This document shows positions 1 to 8,268 of a DNA stretch of 32,536 nt, piece after piece. Each line of letters begins with the position of its first letter. The first letter of the stretch is position 1. The notes below the pieces were generated by a model that worked only from the letters and a program-made list of their open reading frames with translations, was not told the DNA's origin and searched no databases. Location of the stretch: contig JBDRWH010000002.1 in assembly GCA_039802325.1 (NCBI GenBank), forward strand, positions 1 through 32,536. The letters are read 5' to 3'. Origin of the DNA: a candidate division WOR-3 bacterium (GTDB lineage Bacteria > Hydrothermota > Tepidihabitantia > SM23-42 > JAOAFX01). The position numbers and the translations under genes are program-made.

Positions 1-743
1 TCGTCACCAAGATTACAGAGTGCTCCCTTTAATTCTATGGGCTCTCCTAATACTATGTGAAATGCCTTGTAAGGAATCAATTCGCCTGGTGCGTAATCAA
101 GTTTTGCAAATTGCACAATCATTTCAATCACCCTGCACCATTCTTGTTTTTTCAAGTACTGATCTTTAAGGAAAAGTCCTTTTCCCCAGGGAACAAAACG
201 TTCAATAATGACACCGTTAACACTCAGGTTCAATGCAAGGTTTAACATTTCGTTCAAATTTTCATAGTTGTAACTTCCAAGAGTATACATCAAGACAATT
301 TCTTTGTTGGTGTCTTTCTGAACAGATCTGATGTTATGCATCAATCTTTCAAATATGCCCCTACCTCTGATCCTGTTGTTTGTTTCAATATCACCTCCTT
401 CAAGTGAAATTTTCAATTCCTTGATCTTTCTCATGTGGTTCAGTTTATTAATCACATCATCATTTAACACTAAACCATTTGTAATGATATTGATTCTTTT
501 GACATTGGCGGTATCTTCAAGAAGGCCCAATACTTTGAAGATATCAGGATAAAGAAGTGGTTCTCCACCCGTTATATTTATGGCTATCTCCCAGTCTCTC
601 AAAGTATCAGATATTCTATTGACTATTCGTTCAATATCGCTCAGTTTAAGGTCATCTCTTGAGGTGAATTCGTCCTGGTAACAATGAAAACAGCGTAAAT
701 TGCAGAAATTCGTGATGTGCCACTGAAATCCAAAATTATGCAT
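1..743 (-). CDS. radical SAM enzyme, N-terminal 247 codons (gene runs off the left edge)
   Basis: Absent from the ORF track because no stop lies in the window. I checked the minus-strand frame codon by codon from the ATG (complement of 741-743) to position 3 and found no in-frame stop. The N-terminus MHNFGFQWHITNFCNLRCFHCYQDEF carries the CX3CX2C 4Fe-4S motif (Cys codons at 702-704, 690-692, 681-683). It is followed by a NITGGEPLL SAM-binding motif. Confidence 0.8.
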   Translation of the reverse strand, partial: MHNFGFQWHITNFCNLRCFHCYQDEFTSRDDLKLSDIERIVNRISDTLRDWEIAINITGGEPLLYPDIFKVLGLLEDTANVKRINIITNGLVLNDDVINKLNHMRKIKELKISLEGGDIETNNRIRGRGIFERLMHNIRSVQKDTNKEIVLMYTLGSYNYENLNEMLNLALNLSVNGVIIERFVPWGKGLFLKDQYLKKQEWCRVIEMIVQFAKLDYAPGELIPYKAFHIVLGEPIELKGALCNLGD

Positions 744-748
744 GGTTT

Positions 749-776
749 ATTCTACTCAAACCCATTGATTAGTCAA
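749..776 (-). promoter_or_regulatory. sigma70-type promoter TTGACT-N16-TAGAAT, 5 nt upstream of the radical SAM ATG (predicted leaderless)
   Basis: Reverse complement of 771-776 is TTGACT and of 749-754 is TAGAAT, with a 16-nt spacer. Only AAACC separates the -10 box from the ATG at 743. Confidence 0.55.
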
Positions 777-829
777 TATTGACATGTTTTTTCAGCAGTA
801 TACATATATGACTTATTACATAATAAATA

Positions 830-857
830 TTGACTTATAGAAAAAACGGAGTAGAAT
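830..857 (+). promoter_or_regulatory. sigma70-type promoter TTGACT-N16-TAGAAT, 8 nt upstream of the hutI ATG (predicted leaderless or 1-3 nt leader)
   Basis: TTGACT at 830-835, 16-nt spacer, TAGAAT at 852-857, then ATAGGTTA and the ATG at 866. The TTG that the ORF track uses as a start (830) is the -35 box itself. Confidence 0.55.
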
Positions 858-865
858 ATAGGTTA

Positions 866-2065
866 ATGAATATATTGCTCAGTAATGCTGTTCAGATTTT
901 GACAATGACTGAAGGTGTTGGTTTGATACAGGATGGTTCAATACTCATTGAGAATGGTCTGATCAAAAAAGTGGGTAGGTTTTCTGAGGCGGGCTTCAGA
1001 GGAAAGACAATTGATTGTTCGGGATGTGTGGTAACTCCAGGGCTTGTAGATTCGCACACGCATCTTGTTTTTGCCGGGACCCGCGAGGATGAATTTGCTA
1101 TGCGCATTGCAGGAACAAAGTATGAAACAATTGCCAAGAAGGGCGGCGGAATTCTTAAGACCGTATCAATGACCCGTGCTGCCTCTGAAGACATGTTATT
1201 TGGATTAGCAAGAGAAAGGATCAATAGAATTATCAAATGCGGAACGACGACAGTGGAAATAAAAAGTGGTTATGGATTATCACTTGCTGAGGAATCAAAA
1301 ATGCTACGGGTGATCAATAGACTAAAGGAAGCGGTTCCGATAGATGTGGTTTCAACTTATCTTGTTCACACAATACCACGACTGATGAAAAGGCGGGACT
1401 ATGTAGATATGCAGTGTGAAGAAATGCTGCCGGAAATTGCACGTGCAAGGCTTGCTGAGTTTTGTGATGTCTTTTGTGATAAAACTGCTTTTACAAGAAA
1501 AGAAAGCAAAAAAATTCTGAAATGGGCAAGGGAATTAGGACTTTCACTAAAAATTCATACTGATGAATTGTGTAATTTCAGTGGTGCGACACTTGCGGCT
1601 GAACTTCGTTGCGTTTCAGCTGACCACCTTGTGTATACTACAAAATCAGGTATAAAGGCGCTGAAAAAGGCGGGTGTCATACCGGTATTGCTGCCCGGTA
1701 CTTCACTTTATCTGCAGGTGAAAAGGAAACCGCGCATCAAAGATTTTGTTAAATACGGACTGCCAATAGCAATTGCTTCCGATTTCAATCCGGGGACCTG
1801 TATGATCTATTCAATGCCGACAATTATCTCTCTTGCCTGTATCCTTTATGGAATTCCTGTTGAATTGGCATTAATGGGGGCAACTATAAACGCTGCAAAG
1901 GCGATAAAAAGGGAGAATAGGATTGGTAAGATACAATCAGGTTTTCAAGCTGATCTGGTTGTGTGGAACACAGATGATTACAGGAAGATTCCCTATCAGT
2001 TTGGCGAGGATATGATAAAAAGAGTCATAAAGAGGGGGAATGTGATATATGAGACAAATAATTGA
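866..2065 (+). CDS. hutI: imidazolonepropionase (histidine utilisation)
   Basis: Amidohydrolase-fold motifs typical of HutI: VDSHTHLVFAG (HxH metal site), GGGI, KIHTDE and ASDFNPGT. I prefer the start at ATG 866 (MNILLSNA...) over the track TTG at 830, which overlaps the promoter. Confidence 0.85.
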   Translation: MNILLSNAVQILTMTEGVGLIQDGSILIENGLIKKVGRFSEAGFRGKTIDCSGCVVTPGLVDSHTHLVFAGTREDEFAMRIAGTKYETIAKKGGGILKTVSMTRAASEDMLFGLARERINRIIKCGTTTVEIKSGYGLSLAEESKMLRVINRLKEAVPIDVVSTYLVHTIPRLMKRRDYVDMQCEEMLPEIARARLAEFCDVFCDKTAFTRKESKKILKWARELGLSLKIHTDELCNFSGATLAAELRCVSADHLVYTTKSGIKALKKAGVIPVLLPGTSLYLQVKRKPRIKDFVKYGLPIAIASDFNPGTCMIYSMPTIISLACILYGIPVELALMGATINAAKAIKRENRIGKIQSGFQADLVVWNTDDYRKIPYQFGEDMIKRVIKRGNVIYETNN

Positions 2066-3563
2066 ATGTGTTCCTAATTTTAGTGAAGGACGTGACAGAA
2101 CAAAGATAGATGAAATTGCAAAAGTTATTGAGGGGAGCGGTGTACAAATCCTTGATGTGGAGATGAATCCGGATCATAATCGTGCAGTTCTTACTTTTAT
2201 TGGCGAGCCAGCCAATGTATTGGAAGCAGCATTTAATGCAACAAAAAGGGCTTCAGAATTGATAGATTTGACAAAACATAAAGGTGAACATCCACGCATT
2301 GGTGCCACAGATGTAGTGCCATTCATTCCCATCAGTGATGTTTCAACTGAGGAATGCGTTGAATTTGCACGGCGTCTTGGTAAAAGGATTGCTGAAGAAC
2401 TTGGAATTCCCGTATATCTCTATGAAGCAGCAGCAACACGACCTGAACGTGAGAATCTCGCCAATATTAGAAAGGGTGAATTTGAGGGATTAAGTCGGGA
2501 AATAGAGACCAATCCTGATAGATATCCGGATTTTGGTAGCCCAAAGATTCATCCTACTGCAGGTGCTACTGTGGTTGGTGTGCGGTTTCCGCTCATTGCC
2601 TATAACATAAATTTGAATACCCGTGATGTAAATGTTGCGAAAAATATTGCTCGCGCTATTAGATTTAAAGACGGTGGTTTCAGATATACGAAGGCACTGG
2701 GTTTTGAACTGAAGGAAGAAGGACTTGCCCAGGTTTCAATCAATATGACGAATTATCTTGGTACACCTTTATATAGAGTTTTTGAATTGGTTAAACTTGA
2801 AGCCCAGAGATACGGGGTGAATATCAAGGAATCAGAGATTGTGGGATTGGTGCCTGAAAAAGCATTGATTGATACGGCAATTCATTATTTGCAGCTCAAT
2901 CGGTTCAATGAAAATCAGATTCTTGAATACCATTTGAGAGGAACCGCTAAAAAAGAGAGCGTATTTGATTTTCTCAGTCAGCTTTCTGAGGCAACACCGA
3001 CACCAGGAGGGGGCAGTGTTGCTGCCTTACAGGGCGCACTGGCTTCTGCACTGTTGTCAATGGTTACAGGTATTACACTGAAAAAGAATGATGACCCGGA
3101 ATTAAAAGGATTTCATGGTTTACTTAAGACAAATGTTAGTGAATTTTACAAAATGATTGAGCAGGACAAGAATGCTTTTGATGGCGTTATGAAAGCCTAC
3201 CGTTTACCCAAGAATACTGATGAAGAAAAGAAGACGCGAACACAGGCAATACAGGATGCTTTAATGAATGCTACCAACGTACCATATGCGGTTTGTGAGA
3301 AAATAACAGCGCTTTATCCGTATGCTAAGATTCTATTGAATAAAGGGCTAAAAACTGCTCTCTCTGATGTTGGAGTTGCGATATATACACTTCACAGTGG
3401 ATTTTTGGGTGCACGGGCAAATGTTTTGATAAATTTACCTTCCATTACCGATACGAAATTTGTTGATTCAATGAGAAACAAAATGGAGGAAACAAGGAAA
3501 AAGGAATTGTTGTCTTATGAAGAACTTGATGAGATTTTCAGTAAAGGTCAGCAGCAGGATTAA
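2049..3563 (+). CDS. ftcD: bifunctional glutamate formimidoyltransferase / formimidoyl-THF cyclodeaminase (FTCD-like fusion)
   Basis: The N-terminus IECVPNFSEGRD is the hallmark start of glutamate formiminotransferase. The C-terminal ~200 aa (ATPTPGGGSVAALQGALASALLSMV...) matches the cyclodeaminase domain. The gene overlaps the hutI stop by 17 nt and has a GGGGGA-type RBS at about 2033-2040. Confidence 0.8.
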   Translation: MRQIIECVPNFSEGRDRTKIDEIAKVIEGSGVQILDVEMNPDHNRAVLTFIGEPANVLEAAFNATKRASELIDLTKHKGEHPRIGATDVVPFIPISDVSTEECVEFARRLGKRIAEELGIPVYLYEAAATRPERENLANIRKGEFEGLSREIETNPDRYPDFGSPKIHPTAGATVVGVRFPLIAYNINLNTRDVNVAKNIARAIRFKDGGFRYTKALGFELKEEGLAQVSINMTNYLGTPLYRVFELVKLEAQRYGVNIKESEIVGLVPEKALIDTAIHYLQLNRFNENQILEYHLRGTAKKESVFDFLSQLSEATPTPGGGSVAALQGALASALLSMVTGITLKKNDDPELKGFHGLLKTNVSEFYKMIEQDKNAFDGVMKAYRLPKNTDEEKKTRTQAIQDALMNATNVPYAVCEKITALYPYAKILLNKGLKTALSDVGVAIYTLHSGFLGARANVLINLPSITDTKFVDSMRNKMEETRKKELLSYEELDEIFSKGQQQD

Positions 3564-3598
3564 TACGATGGTGAATCTTGCTCGGGCAATATTGTATA

Positions 3599-3626
3599 TT
3601 GACAAATTCGCAAAATCAATTATAAT
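3599..3626 (+). promoter_or_regulatory. perfect sigma70 consensus promoter TTGACA-N16-TATAAT for the TPR/ATPase operon
   Basis: TTGACA at 3599-3604, 16-nt spacer, TATAAT at 3621-3626. An 18-nt leader containing AAGGTAGG precedes the ATG at 3645. Confidence 0.7.
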
Positions 3627-3644
3627 TTGCAAGGTAGGTTAACT

Positions 3645-5543
3645 ATGGAAACAGAAATCTTGGAAAAAGGTCGGCAGTATATTAGAGAAGGTAAATATGA
3701 AAAGGCGCAGATTATTTTAAGGCGTGCCCTTGATGAAAATCCCAATCGTGCCCGAGTGCTTGAGTTATGCGGGGATCTGGCAATAAAATTGGGAAAAGTC
3801 AATGAGGCAGTTTCTCGTTATGAACACGCCTTTGAAAACTATACGCACAACGGGCAGTATGCAGAGGCGGTTATCTGTCTGGAAAAGATCTTGATGGCTG
3901 ACGAAATGAATGATAGTGTACTATTCCGCCTCGTTGACCTGTATCACTTCTATGGTTTGCGTAACGAGGCGCTCAAGAGACTTATTGAATTTGCTTCCCG
4001 GGCACTGGAAAAAAAGGATGAGACCCTTTTTGTATCTGCACTGCGCAAGGTTGTTGAATTTCAACCAAAGAATTTGCCACTGCGTTTGTCCCTTGCCAAA
4101 TTGCTCTTTTCGATAAATCGTAATCGCGAGGCACAGGATGAATTGGTAAAATTGAAGAGCCTGGCTTCGGAAATAAATGATGAGACAATTCTTAATGAGA
4201 TAAGGAAGTTGATGCCTCAGACTGATGGTGGTGAGGAACTTGACCCAAGGAGTCGTATTGAACTGGGGAATTTGTTGTATGAAATTGGCTCCCGGGATGA
4301 GGCAATTGTTGAATTCAAGAAGGCATCAGATGATTTAATTCGTGAAGGCAAGGTTGACGATGCAGTGAATGTCCTCAATCGTATCCTTGAGATTGATCCA
4401 AATAACAGTGAGGCGTTGAAAAAACTCAATGAACTAAAGCCGGGTGCAAAACCAAAAATTGAGGAAAAGATTGAGATAAAAACAGCAAAAGAGCCTGAGA
4501 AACCAAGCCCAGTTTCTATGGAAACGACTGAGGAAGTAAAATCTGAGGTACCGCCGTCTGTTCAGCAAGCTGACGAAACAATTACAGCGATTCAAAGTGA
4601 CCTTGAGATACTAAAAGACTTAAGCAAGGAAATTGAAGGTTTCGCATTCCCGTCAGAAATTGAAAAAGAGCGTTCAGGCGAAGTCAAATCTGAAGAGAAG
4701 ATTACTGAAGAGCCACCAGTTGAACAAGTTCCAGAGGTAAAACCTGCAGAAATTCCTCCGCTCGAAGGTCAGATCGCTGATATTGAATTCTTACTTAAGG
4801 AATCAGAGGTCAGTCCAACCCCACGGAATTTTGAAGTGGCTAAGCAATTTGACGATTTTCGCACAAATATTACCTGGGAGATAGATGACACGAAGAAGAA
4901 AATCCCGCTTGCAAGGATGGCAGTTGAGTCAGGATTATTTGAAATCGCACTTTCCTATTTACAAGATGAAAAAGAAAAAAAGGAGTTCTGGCCCGCTTCA
5001 TTGGAGATAGTTGGGGAATCACTTATTAAATTAGGCAGGTATAACGAGGCAATAAAGGTGATTGGACCGGTCATATTGCTTGAAGAGATACCTGAGAATG
5101 AGAAGACAGAATTGAGATATCTGCTTGCTTCAGGCTATGAAGGTATTGGTGATTTTGAGAATGCCCTGCGGGAAATAGAACACATTCTGGCGATCAATCC
5201 CGACTATCGGGATATCAGAGAAATCTATACACTGCTTGGTGGTAAAATGGAAATTACAAAACCACAACCTGTAGCACCGGTTGTTGAAGAAAAAACACCT
5301 GTGACTGAACCCGTGCAGACAAAGGAACAAGCACCACCTGTCGAGCCAATTGTTACATCAGAGAAGGTAGAGGAAGTTTTTTATCAAGAACCTGAAGTGA
5401 TAGTCGAAAAGCCAATAGAAGAGATATCCAAACCGGTCGTTGAAGAACCGTTGATTGAAGAAAGGATACCGGTCAAAGAAGGATATCCTGAAGAAGGGAA
5501 AATGGATGTTGAAGAGAAAACCGATAATATTGCTTTTCTATAA
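3645..5543 (+). CDS. TPR-repeat protein with a central and a C-terminal Glu/Pro/Val/Lys-rich low-complexity region (module copy 1)
   Basis: TPR-like helical repeats at the N-terminus (GKYEKAQIILRRALDENPN..., IDPNNSEALKKL) and towards the C-terminus (GDFENALREIEHILAINPDY). An acidic/proline-rich linker spans about 4440-4770 and a tail spans 5258-5543. I saw no signal peptide or TM segment. I prefer the ATG at 3645 because the track TTG at 3627 abuts the -10 box. Confidence 0.75.
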   Translation: METEILEKGRQYIREGKYEKAQIILRRALDENPNRARVLELCGDLAIKLGKVNEAVSRYEHAFENYTHNGQYAEAVICLEKILMADEMNDSVLFRLVDLYHFYGLRNEALKRLIEFASRALEKKDETLFVSALRKVVEFQPKNLPLRLSLAKLLFSINRNREAQDELVKLKSLASEINDETILNEIRKLMPQTDGGEELDPRSRIELGNLLYEIGSRDEAIVEFKKASDDLIREGKVDDAVNVLNRILEIDPNNSEALKKLNELKPGAKPKIEEKIEIKTAKEPEKPSPVSMETTEEVKSEVPPSVQQADETITAIQSDLEILKDLSKEIEGFAFPSEIEKERSGEVKSEEKITEEPPVEQVPEVKPAEIPPLEGQIADIEFLLKESEVSPTPRNFEVAKQFDDFRTNITWEIDDTKKKIPLARMAVESGLFEIALSYLQDEKEKKEFWPASLEIVGESLIKLGRYNEAIKVIGPVILLEEIPENEKTELRYLLASGYEGIGDFENALREIEHILAINPDYRDIREIYTLLGGKMEITKPQPVAPVVEEKTPVTEPVQTKEQAPPVEPIVTSEKVEEVFYQEPEVIVEKPIEEISKPVVEEPLIEERIPVKEGYPEEGKMDVEEKTDNIAFL

Positions 5544-5556
5544 AACAGGAGGCTAA

Positions 5557-6378
5557 GTGGGTTATCAAGAATTTTATCAATTAAAATTTGAACCATTCGC
5601 AAATCTCCCGGATCCGAAATTTTATTTCAACTCTCCGCAGCATGCGCTTGCCAAAGAATATTTGTTGCATGCGGCACGGGGCACCCGGGGCCTTGCAATA
5701 CTCTTAGGAGATATCGGGACGGGCAAGACAATGCTTGTACGGAAGTTGCTGACTGAGCTTCAGAGTCTGGGTAAATATCAAGCTGGTCTGATTGTCTTAA
5801 CACATTCGGAATTTCCAACTGGCTGGCTCTTTTCCAAGATTGCCAATCTTATCGGTTTGAGTGACCTGGGTACCTCCACGACTGAAATAGTATCGCGCAT
5901 TTCAAATAGATTACGGGAGATTTATAGAAGAAATGAAAGAACCATTATCATTATTGATGAGGCTAATAAACTCAAGAGTCCCGAAATTCTTGAAGAGATA
6001 AGAGGTTTGCTGAATTTAGAAATTGCTGATACCAGATTGATATCATTTGTTTTGAGCGGATTACCCGAGTTGGAGTCATTTCTTATGATGAATCGGGCAC
6101 TTTATCAAAGAATTGCAATAAAGGTCAAATTAAAACCGCTGGGTACTGAGACAATAAGGGCATATATATCACATAGACTAACAGTTGCAGGTGCCCAGCG
6201 ACAGATTTTTGCACCCATGGCGCAGGAACTCATTTGTCGGTATTCTGATGGCCGTCCGAGACTTGTAAACATAATTTGTGATAATGCACTTCTGGAAGGC
6301 TATGTTCAGCGCAAACAGACCATTGATGAAACTATTATTGAGAGGGTTATTAGTAATTTAGGACTAAAATTTGAATAA
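5557..6378 (+). CDS. ExeA/GspA/MshM-family AAA+ ATPase, stand-alone ATPase domain (module copy 1)
   Basis: Family-typical N-terminus FYQLKFEPF...FYFNSPQH, Walker A GDIGTGKT, Walker B IIIIDEA, and C-terminal GRPRLVNIICDNALLEG. GTG start with AGGAGG 4 nt upstream. The N-terminus MGYQEFY parallels MGYESFY of the paralog. Confidence 0.8.
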   Translation: MGYQEFYQLKFEPFANLPDPKFYFNSPQHALAKEYLLHAARGTRGLAILLGDIGTGKTMLVRKLLTELQSLGKYQAGLIVLTHSEFPTGWLFSKIANLIGLSDLGTSTTEIVSRISNRLREIYRRNERTIIIIDEANKLKSPEILEEIRGLLNLEIADTRLISFVLSGLPELESFLMMNRALYQRIAIKVKLKPLGTETIRAYISHRLTVAGAQRQIFAPMAQELICRYSDGRPRLVNIICDNALLEGYVQRKQTIDETIIERVISNLGLKFE

Positions 6379-8252
6379 TGGCTGATTTAGGTACTATAAA
6401 AAGAGCAGTTGCCGAGTTAGAAGCAAAGGGCGATATCAATAAGGCAATTGCTGAACTTGAGAAGGCAGTACAGGAATTTCCCAAAGAAGGTTCACTCTTT
6501 AATAAATTAGGCGACCTCTATATCAAGGTAAATCGCCAGAAAGAGGCAATTGCCATTTATGAAAAAGGTGCTTATGCCCTTGCTGAAGAGACATACTACC
6601 CGAATGCCATTGCACTGTGCAAGAAAATATTAAGGCTTGATAAAGAAAGGACCGAAATCTATAACTTGCTGGGCGAATTGCACAAGGAGCTGGGTCAGTT
6701 TGTTGAAGCTGCAAACTACTATCTTGAGTATGCTGACAGAAAGATGAAGAACAATGAAGTTGAAGCAGCGTTAAAGACCTATGAGGCAATAAAGGATCTG
6801 GTTCCCAACAACTATAAGGTAATTCAGATGATCTCAGCGATTTACGAAAAGATCGGGAAAAAAGAGCAAAGTGCCGATCTACGAAAAGAAGCTGAGATAA
6901 TAGAAACGAAACAGAAAGAATTGAAAGAAACTGTTAGCGCCCAGGTTGTTACTACACCTGAAGTTGAAAAACCTCCAGTAGTTGAGCCTCCGGTGGTTGA
7001 AAAAGTAGTAATGCCCGAAGTCAAAATTGAAGTTGAACCTCCAAAAGAAGAGGTTAAGGTTGAGGTCCCACCAAAAGAAACTGAAATTCCCACGATAAAG
7101 GAGGAAGTGAAGGAAGTGGTGCAGGAGGCTGAACCCGTAAAAGAGCAACTTTCATTAGAGGATTTTGTGTCCCCTGAAGTAGCTGAATTGCTCAAGGATG
7201 AAGTGGAAACAAAGGAAGAAGAACCAGAAATTGAGGTTGTTGAGGAAAAGCCAGTTGAGGAAGAAGTTTCTGAAATTGTCAGGACACGGGAATTGGCTGA
7301 GATTTACCTGAATTTGGGAGAAGAAGAAGAGGCAATCAGCTGTTTTCGTGATGCCGCAGGAATGGCATTCAAAGAAAAGAAGTATGACCAGGCACTGGAG
7401 CTTTACAGAAAAGTAGCAGATTTGAGACCTCTCGATCTAAAATCCCGGCAGCGTCTCATTGAAATCGCCAAACTGAAAGGTGATAGGAGATTGCAGATAG
7501 ACTTTATGCTGGATCTCGCGGAGACACTAAATCGCCGTGAAGCAAGAACTGAGGCACAGTCAGTGTTGAGAAAGGTTCTGGAAATGGAACCTGAAAACGC
7601 AATTGCCCAGAGTATGATTGAGGAAGAAACAAAAGCAAGAGAGTTCATTGATTTGGGGCAGGTATTGCGCACGGAAATTGAGGGCGAACCGGTTCCATCC
7701 GGTCTTCAGAATATCAATGATCTGATATCACAGTTTCGCAAGGAAGTATTTGAATCTATAGGCGAAGGTGACTATCGTTCTCATTATGATCTGGGTGTTG
7801 CTTATAAAGGAATGGGATTGCATCAGGAGGCAATTGAAGAATTTGAAATTGCTGCAAAGGATGATAACCTCAAGTTGAAGTCCTTTGAGATGATTGGTTC
7901 TTGTTTGATTGATAAAGGCAAAATAGACGAGGCAATAAAGGTATTGAGTGAAGGACTGGCAATACCAAAACGCCCGGCAGGAGAGTATTTTGGTTTGCAT
8001 TTCCTTTTGGGGAATGCCTATGAAATGCAGAAGAATTTGAAAATGGCAATTAAGTCGTATATCAATGCAGCAAATATTGATAAAAGTGTTCCTGATCTTT
8101 TGAAGAAAATAAATGAATTGAAAGATAAACTCACCGAGGAATTGAAAAAACGGACTCAAGTAACACCCACTCCACCACCTGCCAAGGAAGCAAAGAAAAT
8201 ACAACCTGAAGAAGTGGCAAAGCCCAAGAAGTCAAAGGTAACATATTTATAA
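6378..8252 (+). CDS. TPR-repeat protein with a Glu/Pro/Val/Lys-rich low-complexity linker (module copy 2)
   Basis: Same architecture as 3645-5543: N-terminal TPR block, PEVK-like linker at about 6935-7285 (PEVEKPPVVEPPVVEKVVMPEVKIEVEPPKEEVKVEVPPKE...), C-terminal TPR block, and a short basic/proline tail at 8151-8252. Its ATG overlaps the upstream stop (TAATG at 6376-6380). Confidence 0.75.
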   Translation: MADLGTIKRAVAELEAKGDINKAIAELEKAVQEFPKEGSLFNKLGDLYIKVNRQKEAIAIYEKGAYALAEETYYPNAIALCKKILRLDKERTEIYNLLGELHKELGQFVEAANYYLEYADRKMKNNEVEAALKTYEAIKDLVPNNYKVIQMISAIYEKIGKKEQSADLRKEAEIIETKQKELKETVSAQVVTTPEVEKPPVVEPPVVEKVVMPEVKIEVEPPKEEVKVEVPPKETEIPTIKEEVKEVVQEAEPVKEQLSLEDFVSPEVAELLKDEVETKEEEPEIEVVEEKPVEEEVSEIVRTRELAEIYLNLGEEEEAISCFRDAAGMAFKEKKYDQALELYRKVADLRPLDLKSRQRLIEIAKLKGDRRLQIDFMLDLAETLNRREARTEAQSVLRKVLEMEPENAIAQSMIEEETKAREFIDLGQVLRTEIEGEPVPSGLQNINDLISQFRKEVFESIGEGDYRSHYDLGVAYKGMGLHQEAIEEFEIAAKDDNLKLKSFEMIGSCLIDKGKIDEAIKVLSEGLAIPKRPAGEYFGLHFLLGNAYEMQKNLKMAIKSYINAANIDKSVPDLLKKINELKDKLTEELKKRTQVTPTPPPAKEAKKIQPEEVAKPKKSKVTYL

Positions 8253-8268
8253 GGAAGAGTGATAAGAT

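Noticed and set aside
779-806. Second plus-strand promoter candidate, TTGACA (779-784) with TACATA (801-806).
   Set aside because: The -10 candidate lacks the invariant final T at every spacing from 16 to 20 nt. The TTGACT-N16-TAGAAT element at 830-857 fits the window-wide grammar better. I keep it only as half of the palindrome noted in the findings.
830-865. Longer N-terminal extensions offered by the ORF track for hutI (TTG 830), truB (ATG 12148), the pseudopilin-like gene (ATG 12135), glmS (TTG 28494) and the first TPR protein (TTG 3627).
   Set aside because: Each extension overlaps or precedes the consensus promoter elements. The shorter starts give family-typical N-termini. For GlmS the Cys must be residue 2.
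6842-8204. Several long minus-strand ORFs (117, 89, 89 and 158 aa) inside the second TPR gene, plus similar ones inside the first (3982-4429, 5130-5602).
   Set aside because: These are shadow ORFs of low-complexity, purine-rich coding DNA. Their products are compositionally implausible, and they are fully embedded in well-supported plus-strand genes.
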